Positions 54,850-64,000 of a stretch of DNA of 64,000 bases are shown one piece after another. The stretch lies in IMG/VR virus record IMGVR_UViG_3300027969_000065; one strand, 5' to 3'. The notes under the pieces are model-generated. The model was not told the origin of the DNA. It saw nothing but the letters and a program-made list of their open reading frames with translations, and searched no databases. The DNA is from an uncultured virus (IMG/VR IMGVR_UViG_3300027969_000065). Its lineage: Duplodnaviria > Heunggongvirae > Uroviricota > Caudoviricetes > Demerecviridae. Position 1 is the first letter of the stretch. Every line of letters starts with the position of its first letter. The position numbers were made by a program, and so were the translations under genes.

Positions 54850-55779
54850 TTATAGGTAGAAGCGAATTGCTGCAAAACCATTACCACCTGCACCTGCGGC
54901 AGCACCACCCCCTCCACCACCAAGTCCGCCATCATTAGCACCTGCACCTAAGAGACCACCTCCGCCCATGCCCCATGCATTAGCTGCAGTACCTCCTGCA
55001 AAACCGGTATATCCCCAAATAGACACACCTACTAAAGAACCACCATTTCCGCCCGTACCTGATACTACAGAACCACCACCACCACCTTGATTTCCGTTAC
55101 CGGCACCGCTTGCGTAACTACCGCCTCCACCACCACCGGGGCCGCCTCTAGCAGCAAATGCGCCACCTGCACCACCACCTCCCCATGCACCACTACCGCC
55201 TATCCCGCCAGTAGTAGAGCCTCCACCCATTGCTCCCGCAAAACCTTGACTTGCAGTTGCTCCACTTATAGATGGATTAGCATTTGTATTTTGAGTATAA
55301 ATACTCCATAATACATTACCAATAGGCGGATTACCACCACCACCACCTATATCCCAATTATTATTTCCACCGCCCCCACCACCCCCAGAAACACCTGTTT
55401 CAGCTTGAGCAACATTACCGTAAGCACCTACGCCACCACCACCAACACTAGCATACTTAGTACCGGCAGAAATAACATAGGTAGAACCTCCGCCTCCTGT
55501 AGTTTGTACAGCGCCTCCTGCTCCGACTACTATAATTAATGATGCTCCTGTAACAGGTATTTCAATAACTGCAGCGCCACCGAAGCCTCCACCACCACCA
55601 CCTAAAGTACTTACATTTCCACCACCACCGCCACCACCTCCAACAAGTAACGCTTCAATTCGTTTTACGTTTTGAGGAACAGCAATAGTTCTAGAGGTTA
55701 AGATAGTAGGAGTCTGGATGTATCTGCTGATTGTGCCACCCAGTGGACTAGTAGGCCCAGGATATAAACCCGGATTCAT
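54850..55779 (-). CDS. glycine-rich virion protein (paralog)
   Basis: Shares ISRYIQTPTILTSRTIAVP and GGNGFAAIRFYL with 53611. Confidence 0.75.
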   Translation of the reverse strand: MNPGLYPGPTSPLGGTISRYIQTPTILTSRTIAVPQNVKRIEALLVGGGGGGGGNVSTLGGGGGGFGGAAVIEIPVTGASLIIVVGAGGAVQTTGGGGSTYVISAGTKYASVGGGGVGAYGNVAQAETGVSGGGGGGGNNNWDIGGGGGNPPIGNVLWSIYTQNTNANPSISGATASQGFAGAMGGGSTTGGIGGSGAWGGGGAGGAFAARGGPGGGGGGSYASGAGNGNQGGGGGSVVSGTGGNGGSLVGVSIWGYTGFAGGTAANAWGMGGGGLLGAGANDGGLGGGGGGAAAGAGGNGFAAIRFYL

Positions 55780-56165
55780 TAGAAGTCTCCAGAGCGTGTA
55801 ACCATGACGTTGAAGGCTTCAGCATTATTAGTAGATGCTCTCAGTGAGTAGCCTGTGGGAATAGTCAAACCTTGATTCAACAGTGTGTAACTCCACGAAG
55901 CTTGTGTAGTACTAGGAGTAGTAGCAGTAACTAAGATTTCTTGCCATAAAAATGCAGCGGTGCCGTTGTGAATAAATAAACGAATTACACCAGCTGTAGT
56001 AGTACCGGTTGCAACGATATAAATATCATCAATACGAGTACCAGATGTACCTGCTGTTTGAATTGTGGTAATAGTACCTGTACCATCTCTGGCCGTGTTA
56101 GCCGTGGCTGTTAAAGAAACAGCGGCAGCTTTAACTGTTGATGCATATTGTGCGGTTGTTGACAT
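55779..56165 (-). CDS. putative virion structural protein
   Basis: TANTARDGTG...RID...TTTAGVIRLF...GDF. Confidence 0.65.
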   Translation of the reverse strand: MSTTAQYASTVKAAAVSLTATANTARDGTGTITTIQTAGTSGTRIDDIYIVATGTTTAGVIRLFIHNGTAAFLWQEILVTATTPSTTQASWSYTLLNQGLTIPTGYSLRASTNNAEAFNVMVTRSGDF

Positions 56166-56173
56166 AATATTCC

Positions 56174-56482
56174 TTAATAGACATTAAATGACTGAATAAC
56201 AAAATCAGGTGTACTAGCAGGCGCTGCACTAGTCCAATTTGTGCCATCACTAGTAAGTACATTACCTGCGGTTCCGGCGCTTGAAAGACCTGTTAGTGGT
56301 AATCCAGTAGCGTTGGAAAGTGTAATTGTAGGTCCTACGCTGAGTACTGCATTGCCTGTTCCGGTTACACCGGTTAATGCAGTACTTGGTAGCTTCCAAG
56401 CGGTACCATTCCAAGTCCAGGTTCTAGTGCCCGAAGTGTAGGTTTGGTTAACCGTTGGGCTTGAGGGGAAAGCTAGTGCCAT
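56174..56482 (-). CDS. putative fibre protein
   Basis: FPSSPT.NQ.Y....TWTWNG..W; GNVLTSDGTNWTS. Confidence 0.65.
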   Translation of the reverse strand: MALAFPSSPTVNQTYTSGTRTWTWNGTAWKLPSTALTGVTGTGNAVLSVGPTITLSNATGLPLTGLSSAGTAGNVLTSDGTNWTSAAPASTPDFVIQSFNVY

Positions 56483-56485
56483 GGA

Positions 56486-56902
56486 TTATCTTTCGTTGGG
56501 CTGCACTGGGTCTGTAATAATCTTAGTAGCGCGCTCCTGAGATAGGAGTGTTTTATTTACTAACATAGCAAAACCTCCCTTGGTTCTATCATTATCAAGG
56601 TCAATGCTAGTGGCAACGTCGAAGCGAGTTTTCCAAGTTTCTATGTCTGTGTCAGTTTTTGCTGCAGCTAGGATGCCGGAGAATTCTGCATCAGTCATGC
56701 GATTTAACAAGGCTATTTTACTGATGATGCTAGGCAGTACTAGAACTGGACCGTCGACAAATACGCCGTTCTCGTACTTCTTGCCCAGCAGAGCAGCATC
56801 ATACTCGGCAATCTCTATCATGTGTTCAGCATCTATTGTGCTGGCAGCTTGAGTGACACCGGTAACAATGTTGCTGTCGTTTAATTGTACATAATTTGGC
56901 AT
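56486..56902 (-). CDS. putative tail fibre assembly/chaperone protein (paralog)
   Basis: KIALLNRMTDAEF...WKTRFD shared with 53158. Confidence 0.6.
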   Translation of the reverse strand: MPNYVQLNDSNIVTGVTQAASTIDAEHMIEIAEYDAALLGKKYENGVFVDGPVLVLPSIISKIALLNRMTDAEFSGILAAAKTDTDIETWKTRFDVATSIDLDNDRTKGGFAMLVNKTLLSQERATKIITDPVQPNER

Positions 56903-56911
56903 ATCTGTCCT

Positions 56912-57208
56912 TTAATAGTATTCAATTACTTGCCAAGAAAAATTTCCCCCAGTATAAGTTCCACCATAAAGATGCCATGGTCCATATACAGTAAATGAAG
57001 TACTTGTTAATGCTACTAAATAACATGTGCCATACGTTGCAGCTTGTGAATTAATATAAGTATACCAACCAGGCGATAGTATAACTACTGATTTAGCAGG
57101 ATTAATTGTACTTATAGTTGTTACTAAATTGACATTAGCACCTGCCGAAGCTACCCCATATTGTATAGACTTCACCCCACCTGTTGTAAATTGAGTTAAA
57201 TTACTCAT
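56912..57208 (-). CDS. putative virion protein
   Basis: VKSIQ.G...SWQVIEY. Confidence 0.65.
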   Translation of the reverse strand: MSNLTQFTTGGVKSIQYGVASAGANVNLVTTISTINPAKSVVILSPGWYTYINSQAATYGTCYLVALTSTSFTVYGPWHLYGGTYTGGNFSWQVIEYY

Positions 57209-57918
57209 AGTGTTACCCACCCTATAGTTGCATTAATATACCGGAGCTGTAATGTAATGTAAGCTGTAGTATTTATTGTAAGATTCTCTAGTAGTCCCAT
57301 GATCTTATAACTTCCGCTGTACGCTACTACATTAGTAGCTAATCCATTACCTGATGTAATAAATATTAAATCTCCAGCAACAACAGTAGCAGGCATGGTA
57401 ACAGTAGTAGCTGCCACATTAGTAAGTACATAGTGATTACCTGCTACAGCGGTTTGAGTAGTACCAGATACAATAACTAGAGTAGGTGCAGGACCAACAG
57501 CCCCAGTAGCTCCAGTAGCTCCAGCAGCTCCTATGCTAGCACCTGCTTGAGATGCTTCTACCCAAAAGTTTCCAGTACGAACATAGAGTGACCCATCAGT
57601 AGTATCATACCACATCATTCCTTCAATAGGTACTGAAGGTGCAGTAGCTCCACTGAAACTTGCTGTGATTGATACGTCACTGGCAAAGCCAATTACTTCG
57701 ATCTCATCGTTCAGAGCAGCACCTACTCCCAAAGTAACAGAAGTTCCTGAAGTCGCAGTATAATCTGCGGCATTTAAACGTACACCGTTTTGATATACTT
57801 CTACGTACGGAGGTGCATAAGTTACTGCAAACACAGTTTGTGCAGCAGTAGCCGTATAACTTCTTTTATCTATGGCGTTCTTGCCGCTGCCTTGGATTAA
57901 AGCGCTTAATTGTGTCAT
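57205..57918 (-). CDS. putative virion fibre protein
   Basis: TATAAQTVF...VYQNGVRL...DYTATSGT; G.MWYD; short GxT triplets; YINATIGW. Confidence 0.7.
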   Translation of the reverse strand: MTQLSALIQGSGKNAIDKRSYTATAAQTVFAVTYAPPYVEVYQNGVRLNAADYTATSGTSVTLGVGAALNDEIEVIGFASDVSITASFSGATAPSVPIEGMMWYDTTDGSLYVRTGNFWVEASQAGASIGAAGATGATGAVGPAPTLVIVSGTTQTAVAGNHYVLTNVAATTVTMPATVVAGDLIFITSGNGLATNVVAYSGSYKIMGLLENLTINTTAYITLQLRYINATIGWVTL

Positions 57919-57924
57919 GTTTGA

Positions 57925-58974
57925 TTACCTTGCATTGGAGTACTTCAGCGGATTTTCCGCGTAGGCTGCGTAGATATATGTTGCTCCGCTAGTGTTTGGC
58001 TGATAGGTAGCAATTCGCAACTTAAACCCGTTACTTAGATAATCTATTGTTGCGCCATTGTTAGCTTCCGCAGCGGAACTATCAGCATACAAATTTTGCG
58101 TCATAACATTGTATGTATCTCTTGAGGTATCAAACAGCCACCAGTTTCCAACGCCGTCTGTTCGTTTAATCATCAAGAACCGTGGCCTAAACCCAGTGTA
58201 TATAAACGGACCATCCGCACTACTATTGCCCGTGTAACTACCGAATGCGCTGTAACCTGCTACCGGTGCCCAGCAATATGCGACGTAAGTGGCTGAAACA
58301 TCACTATTATCAACTCCAATGTTTAGAAGAGTTGATGTTGACGCAGTGTTGTTCCAAAAGTTAGCTGACCCAAGACCACCCAAAGCACCGGTACTGTCAA
58401 GGTACATAAAAGAAGTGCTTGAAGAACTAGCAAATGATGTGTGCCAAACAATCCACGATCTTGCGGCGCTACGTTTTTTAACAATAATCATACTGGGCAC
58501 AGCACCCAACCCATGTCCCACCGTAGCATTAGCCCCTGTGCCCGTATACGTCACAACAGAGAACCCAGCAGTGGTGTTAGCACTCACCGACGATGTGATA
58601 GTCCCCGCAGTGTTGCTGACCGCTGTGCCACCGGCTTTCCATTGCCACCCGACGTAGTTGTTACCCGTGTTATTGACCGCAGTGTTTACCACCAACGCAG
58701 ACAAAGAGAACCCAGAGGCTGATAGCGCAGTGACTTGATCGGTTCGTGTTTCTTCTGCGCTAGTAGCATCGGAGAAAAGGTATTTGGTTACACCACGAAC
58801 AGAGTCAGCCAACTGATGGCTGTTAGCCGCTGACCTGTTCTTGATCCACAGCAAGTCCGGTTGCATCCCCACCGAGTTAACCGCATTGCTCACCGCCAGG
58901 GTAGCTCCCGTCCCCGTATACGTCGTAGCAGCCATCGCCACTCGCCCATCTGGTACCAAAAATGTAGTTGCCAT
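57925..58974 (-). CDS. virion protein with repeated beta domains (YTG.G, PDL.WIK.R)
   Basis: YTGTG, QPDLLWIKNR, GFSVVTYTG, HGLG..P, GFRPRFLMIKR, SNGFKLR. Confidence 0.75.
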   Translation of the reverse strand: MATTFLVPDGRVAMAATTYTGTGATLAVSNAVNSVGMQPDLLWIKNRSAANSHQLADSVRGVTKYLFSDATSAEETRTDQVTALSASGFSLSALVVNTAVNNTGNNYVGWQWKAGGTAVSNTAGTITSSVSANTTAGFSVVTYTGTGANATVGHGLGAVPSMIIVKKRSAARSWIVWHTSFASSSSTSFMYLDSTGALGGLGSANFWNNTASTSTLLNIGVDNSDVSATYVAYCWAPVAGYSAFGSYTGNSSADGPFIYTGFRPRFLMIKRTDGVGNWWLFDTSRDTYNVMTQNLYADSSAAEANNGATIDYLSNGFKLRIATYQPNTSGATYIYAAYAENPLKYSNAR

Positions 58975-58983
58975 GATTGTTCC

Positions 58984-61900
58984 TTAGATGTTGAAAGTGT
59001 TGAGGGCCAAGAAGCCGGTGGGCGGGGTGTACACAAATGGTTGCTGGCCGAAGTTAATAGACGCTGCACCAGCACTAGTTCCATAAATAGACACACCCAA
59101 AAACCAAGTTCCAGACCCCATGCTGGAAAATGCAACGCCTTGGCTTACGTTGTTCTTGTAAAACGTAATTGACCCAGCAGTAGCATCAAAAGCAACACCA
59201 ACTACGTCGTTGTCAGCAACCGATGCACCATAAGCAACACCAGTAGCATTATTATATTTCTTGCCATCATACCCGTAATAAGAATAACCCGTTGCAGCAG
59301 TTCCAAGCATTCCAGTCAAAGTAGCATCCTGTGTAAGGCCAAACATTATTCCGTTTGATACTGATCCACTTGTAGGTGTTATTTCAAAATACCATTTGCC
59401 AGAAGTAACAGCAATTGTTGCTACACGAGTTGCCCAAGACGCACCACCCGCACCAGTCATGCTCAAGTTACCGTTGGACAACGGGCCAGCACCTGTTAAA
59501 GGATTCAGCACAGCATAGTTTGCCGCAGTAACACTGGTCAGTGTCGGCACATCAGTTAGCGAGTCGTATGTTGACCCCGCAGTGAGGCTGATGTTGTTCG
59601 GTGTCCAGTTATTGGCGTTGCCGCTGGAGTCTGAGACCAAAGTTGATGTGCTGGTAGTATTTGAGAACGGCAAGTAGAATCCATTCACACCTTGATAACC
59701 AGAATAAGAAATTGGCAACCACTGGTTGTACGCGCTGTAGGCACCAAATATTGTAGGGTCTAAGGCCAGACCGTCTACGAAGTTGACTTCTGCCATTTCG
59801 CCGTCAAAATAATTAGCAAAGCTACCTGCATATGTCACACCAATTTGATGTGCCGCAGCACGATTAAGTTGAATATCTGCATTTTGTGCTGCATTACCAC
59901 TAAAAGCACCACTTTGAAGAACACCATTGACGTAAAGCTTGAATCTATTTGATGATGTAGCTTGAGTGGTATCTAATACTGCAACAACATGATACCAAGC
60001 CGCAGGATCACGATATACTGCTGTTGAAGACCAAGCTATACTTGCAGTGTTTCCATCAGCTGAAGCAGTAAAACTCAAAGTATCATTACTATCAAATCGT
60101 AAAAAGCCATATCCGCTAGCAGTAGAACCGGTGCCTTGTGCAAAAAGTGCTGCGTAAACACCGAGCGTTCCACGTTTAACCCAACCACTCCATGTCCAAG
60201 TTTTTTGATTTCCAGCCACAGCAGGAGTACGACTCAAATACGCACTCGCAGAACTGCGGAATCTCAGCGACTTAGAAGGCAATACTGAAGTTCCCACAGG
60301 TGCTGAAGCTGAAAAAGCATTGGTAGACGGAGTGAACGCTGTGGTATATCGAGCTGCACCTTTGGTAATACGCAGTTCGTCGATGTAGCCATTGAAATAC
60401 GCAGTACTACCAATATTTTTACCAATGAGAAGGGGTCCGGTAGGATTTTGAGCATTTGTATTAGCTGCACTGTACACTTGCACACCAGCAATAAACATTT
60501 TTAATACACCTGAAGTACGTACAGCAGCTATATGCGTCCACGTGTTTAATGGAGGCCCAGAAGAAGACATTTGCGTAGCGCTACCATCGTACCAATAAAG
60601 TTGCCCTGAAGTAGTTTCAAGGAATAAACCATAAGATACTGTACTATCGCTACCACGTGCATCAATAAGTGTGCGATATCCCGAAAAGCTACTCGCATAA
60701 ACCCACATCTCAATAGTAAAATCACCTGTGCCAAATGAAAAATTGCTATTATTGGGTATAGTTAAATAATCTGTAGTTCCGTTGAACTTCAAAGCACCTG
60801 TACCATACTTAAACACACTGGTATTTGCCTGAACATTACCAACTGTCTCCAGGTTACTGAGCATGGTGTTGTCGTAGACAGCAGCGTTTGTGAACGGCAG
60901 TAGCAGTGTAGTATTGCTTGTTGCAGTTAGTGGTGCTGTGGGTGGTGTAAAGTTACCATTATAAAGTCCCGTGCCTTTAATCAGTCGTAGATTTGATATA
61001 TAACCCTTAAAAAAGTAAGTTGGAGTAGATGATTCTGCACCGACGCTAATAATTGTACCGCTTGATGGAATAGTATAAGAAGTTGTAATAGTACCTCTAG
61101 CAATACCATCAACAAACATTGTAGTCGTATTACCTGTCCTTGCAACAACAAAGTGATGCCATATACCATCATCTGTAGACCCGCCATATACGATCGAGTA
61201 AAATGGATTAGGTTGTGTATACCATGCATATCCGCGAGTAGCTGAGGCTTCCATTGTAAAGCCATAATAACCCGAACCACCAGTACCTATTTGAACAACC
61301 GTGTCGTAGCCGGATGAATTGCTAGAAGTCTTGTTAATCCAACACTCAATAGTAAAGTCTCCGCTTCCAAAATCCATTGCACTAGTTTTTGGCAGAGTTA
61401 AGTAGTCTCCTGTGCCGTCAAAGTACGCAGATCCTCCAACCGTGGCAGTTGAGTACGGATACTGCTTTGTGAACGGCGAGAACGAACCTTGTGTGGTGTT
61501 ACCTAATCGTGTAATTAAGGCGTTGTTGGTGCTAACATCCCGGAACTGCGAGTTGTTGTGTGGTACGTTGGTTTGTAGGGTTAGTAAACTTGTGTTGGTA
61601 ATGGCAGTTAAGGGAGCAGTTGGAGGAGTAAATGCTGCAGTGTAGACTGCGGTGCCTTTTACTACACGTAGATTACTAATATATCCTGGGAAATATAAAC
61701 TTCCTTGAGTTCCTATTGTTAGACTAGTTAAACTTAAATCATATGCCTGAGCACTATTTTGAGTGGTTCCTATTTGAGAACCATTAACAAACATTCTAAT
61801 ATTATTATCAGTTCCACGTGTTAATGCTACATGATACCATGCATTAGTAGTCATACCGTGTGCTGCAGTATAATCCCAAGCAGTACTAACTCTACCATAA

Positions 61901-63510
61901 CCTAATAAAGAACCACTCTGAATCCCAAAAAACATTCCTGGAATTCCAGACGCAGATGTAATAAAATAAGTATCTCCAACAATACTACGATTAATCCATG
62001 CCTCTATGGTAAAAGCACCACTACCAAAATTAAACGATGTATTAGTTGGCACAGTCAAATAATCTGAAGTACCATTAAAATACCCAGAACCATACGAGGC
62101 TAGTCCTGCAGGTAAGTTGAATGGATTGCTTGAGACTACTTTGGGATTGCCGGAAGTAGAAACAGTTGCTGCAGTAGTGCTGGAATCAAAGAAACGGCTG
62201 GACTGGCAGGTTAGTAAACTTGTATTGGTGATTGCGGTTAAAGCAGTTGTTGGTGGCGTGAATGCTGTAGTATATAAACATGTGCCATTAACTATCCGTA
62301 GATTAGATACATATCCATTGACATAATAAGTAGAACCCCCTACAGCACCATTATAATACTCTATACCTATACGTATAATATTAGAAAATGTAGCAGTGGT
62401 AGTCCAAGTACTACCAACTTGATTGCCATTCAAAAATAGTCTAGTTACATTACTAGCATCTCTAGCTAATGCAATATGCATCCATTGATTTAATGATAGT
62501 GTAGGTCCACTTAACTGATAGGCATTATTAGAATATATGGCTAAAGTAGTGGCTAAAGTAAATTCAATACCAGTTGAATTTATAGAGTCGCCAATACTTA
62601 TAGCTCCAGTAGCAGCATTTTTGTATAACCAAAATTCAATTGTAAATAATCCTGCTAAAGAACTAGTGGTAGCTGTTAAATATGATAAACTGCCATCAAA
62701 ACTATTCCCGTAATATCCAGCCGTTAAAGGGCTAAAAGTGGTAGACTGAGGAGCACCTGCAGGAGTAATTGCAGCCGCATTACTGCTGGCATCAGTGATC
62801 CAAGTAGGATTACTGTCACCGGTTACATGCAAATTGGTAAATCTATAGTAAGGATCACTCACCACCAGTGTATACACAATGCTTTGTGATACGTTTTGAT
62901 TTTGTGCATCGGTAACTGCCACAGTAAACGTATAGATGGTGTTGGCAGTTACGCCTGTGATTGTACCACTTAGTAGACCTGAGCTGCTAATACTACAGTT
63001 AGGTGGTAGAGTGCCGCTGACAAATGTGTACACAAGAGGCGCATCTCCAACTGCTACAAGCTGTGCACTAACAGCAAGACTACTTCCTGTTAATGCGCTG
63101 GTAGTCCAGCTTGGGAAACCAGAGTACGAGATACCAGCTGCCCAGATTGATCCCACTGTGGCACCGTTGAAAACTATCAAGGAGGCAACAGTGCCGGAAA
63201 CAGCAGCAGGCACTGTGGCAACAATTGTAGTGCTGTTTAAATAGCTCCATACAACTTGCACGCCGTTTATGTATACTTTTGTAGTACCGCCCACAAAACC
63301 ACTGCCGGTTATCTTTACAAATCCACCCGCAGTGTTAACTGCTGTGTCGTCGCCTAAACCGCCATCTGTGCCGTTAATATCAGCACATGGATTAACAGCA
63401 GTAATTGTTAAAGCTGTAGAATTCTGTAGTTGCTCAACAGCACTGTAAACACCAGTGGCGTTAGCTGCAGGCACCACAGAAGAAATTAGTTTCTTTGTAA
63501 ACTTTGACAT
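58984..63510 (-). CDS. large virion fibre/adhesin: IPT/Ig, multiple LamG (ConA-like) domains, C-terminal SPRY
   Basis: FTIE.W...W.H.A..R...GY(V/I)SNLR repeats; SGKWYFE...GVAFD...FYKN SPRY motif. Confidence 0.82.
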   Translation of the reverse strand: MSKFTKKLISSVVPAANATGVYSAVEQLQNSTALTITAVNPCADINGTDGGLGDDTAVNTAGGFVKITGSGFVGGTTKVYINGVQVVWSYLNSTTIVATVPAAVSGTVASLIVFNGATVGSIWAAGISYSGFPSWTTSALTGSSLAVSAQLVAVGDAPLVYTFVSGTLPPNCSISSSGLLSGTITGVTANTIYTFTVAVTDAQNQNVSQSIVYTLVVSDPYYRFTNLHVTGDSNPTWITDASSNAAAITPAGAPQSTTFSPLTAGYYGNSFDGSLSYLTATTSSLAGLFTIEFWLYKNAATGAISIGDSINSTGIEFTLATTLAIYSNNAYQLSGPTLSLNQWMHIALARDASNVTRLFLNGNQVGSTWTTTATFSNIIRIGIEYYNGAVGGSTYYVNGYVSNLRIVNGTCLYTTAFTPPTTALTAITNTSLLTCQSSRFFDSSTTAATVSTSGNPKVVSSNPFNLPAGLASYGSGYFNGTSDYLTVPTNTSFNFGSGAFTIEAWINRSIVGDTYFITSASGIPGMFFGIQSGSLLGYGRVSTAWDYTAAHGMTTNAWYHVALTRGTDNNIRMFVNGSQIGTTQNSAQAYDLSLTSLTIGTQGSLYFPGYISNLRVVKGTAVYTAAFTPPTAPLTAITNTSLLTLQTNVPHNNSQFRDVSTNNALITRLGNTTQGSFSPFTKQYPYSTATVGGSAYFDGTGDYLTLPKTSAMDFGSGDFTIECWINKTSSNSSGYDTVVQIGTGGSGYYGFTMEASATRGYAWYTQPNPFYSIVYGGSTDDGIWHHFVVARTGNTTTMFVDGIARGTITTSYTIPSSGTIISVGAESSTPTYFFKGYISNLRLIKGTGLYNGNFTPPTAPLTATSNTTLLLPFTNAAVYDNTMLSNLETVGNVQANTSVFKYGTGALKFNGTTDYLTIPNNSNFSFGTGDFTIEMWVYASSFSGYRTLIDARGSDSTVSYGLFLETTSGQLYWYDGSATQMSSSGPPLNTWTHIAAVRTSGVLKMFIAGVQVYSAANTNAQNPTGPLLIGKNIGSTAYFNGYIDELRITKGAARYTTAFTPSTNAFSASAPVGTSVLPSKSLRFRSSASAYLSRTPAVAGNQKTWTWSGWVKRGTLGVYAALFAQGTGSTASGYGFLRFDSNDTLSFTASADGNTASIAWSSTAVYRDPAAWYHVVAVLDTTQATSSNRFKLYVNGVLQSGAFSGNAAQNADIQLNRAAAHQIGVTYAGSFANYFDGEMAEVNFVDGLALDPTIFGAYSAYNQWLPISYSGYQGVNGFYLPFSNTTSTSTLVSDSSGNANNWTPNNISLTAGSTYDSLTDVPTLTSVTAANYAVLNPLTGAGPLSNGNLSMTGAGGASWATRVATIAVTSGKWYFEITPTSGSVSNGIMFGLTQDATLTGMLGTAATGYSYYGYDGKKYNNATGVAYGASVADNDVVGVAFDATAGSITFYKNNVSQGVAFSSMGSGTWFLGVSIYGTSAGAASINFGQQPFVYTPPTGFLALNTFNI

Positions 63511-63881
63511 TAGCTGATCGTTTCGTAGCTGGTTACGTATTCAACTGCACTGCTGGTACCACTGGTTACTACAAGGCTTTTATCTTCTGTTAAGTATACA
63601 AAGTTGCCTTTGTCGATGAGTTGCAGTGAACTGTTTGCAGGTACTGCAATTTGATATGCCAATCTATACGCTGTACCAGCACCTGCTGCACTGCTTGTAA
63701 TCGACACCGTCACGGTAGCTGAAGACCCAGTTACGTTAGTGCAGGTAAGTGAATTGATTTTCACGACCGCAGCAGAACTAGCAGCATTGGATACCATTAC
63801 GTTGGCAGTAGTATTTGCAGGTGCTGCAACAGCTAAACCTGCCGTAATTGTTGTAACATTTACAATATTTGGTGCTGCCAT
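63510..63881 (-). CDS. conserved virion protein
   Basis: MAAPNIVNV..I...I.VPA.SSL..IDK...YL.E...SYE.IS; GGAGG SD. Confidence 0.75.
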   Translation of the reverse strand: MAAPNIVNVTTITAGLAVAAPANTTANVMVSNAASSAAVVKINSLTCTNVTGSSATVTVSITSSAAGAGTAYRLAYQIAVPANSSLQLIDKGNFVYLTEDKSLVVTSGTSSAVEYVTSYETIS

Positions 63882-64000
63882 ATTAACCTCCGAATATCAT
63901 TGCCATAGCAATGACTTTACCAACACCCTGAGCGGGGCCCACAGGACCTTGTGGCCCGATGTTTGAAGCGACTTGCCAGGTGCTGCCGTCATAAATCAAC
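63882..64000 (-). CDS. 3' end of a truncated fibre gene
   Basis: ...YDGSTWQV...GPQGPVGP...GKVIAMAMIFGG* runs off the window edge. Confidence 0.6.

Noticed and set aside
53611..63510. Diversity-generating retroelement acting on fibre genes
   Set aside because: No reverse transcriptase and no template/variable repeat pair differing only at adenines was seen
48099..63966. Plus-strand ORFs overlapping the late genes
   Set aside because: They are antisense shadows of Gly/Thr/Ala-rich minus-strand genes and lack SDs or recognisable motifs
1..64000. Alternative genetic code or suppressor tRNA
   Set aside because: Core genes are intact under code 11 and no tRNA with a stop-reading anticodon was found

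Overview
This window is about 64 kb of a lytic T5-like (Demerecviridae-related) tailed phage genome. A freshwater betaproteobacterial host is inferred, not shown. 1-6.5 kb is a pre-early-like region with small ORFs, three A2-like HTH genes, triplicated L7/L12-CTD-like genes, tandem promoter repeats and a non-coding transcript containing a type I hammerhead ribozyme. 6.5-11.6 kb holds leftward early genes, including D2-like and SleB-like genes. 11.7-28 kb is an accessory region with 9 tRNAs, a circularly permuted two-piece tmRNA, several long-stem ncRNA candidates and auxiliary genes (UvsE, Dps, an OM beta-barrel, a PlcP/LpxH-like plus GT4 pair, HldA/HldC-like genes, ThyX). 28.7-47.1 kb is the T5-syntenic replication block: D3, PC4-like, split NAD ligase, D5, D6 helicase, primase, PolA, D10-D15, dUTPase, plus a class II RNR. 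47.2-64 kb holds leftward late genes: PhoH, a holin/GH19 endolysin/spanin cassette, and glycine-rich and LamG/SPRY virion fibre proteins. All calls come from motif recognition by eye; no searches were run.
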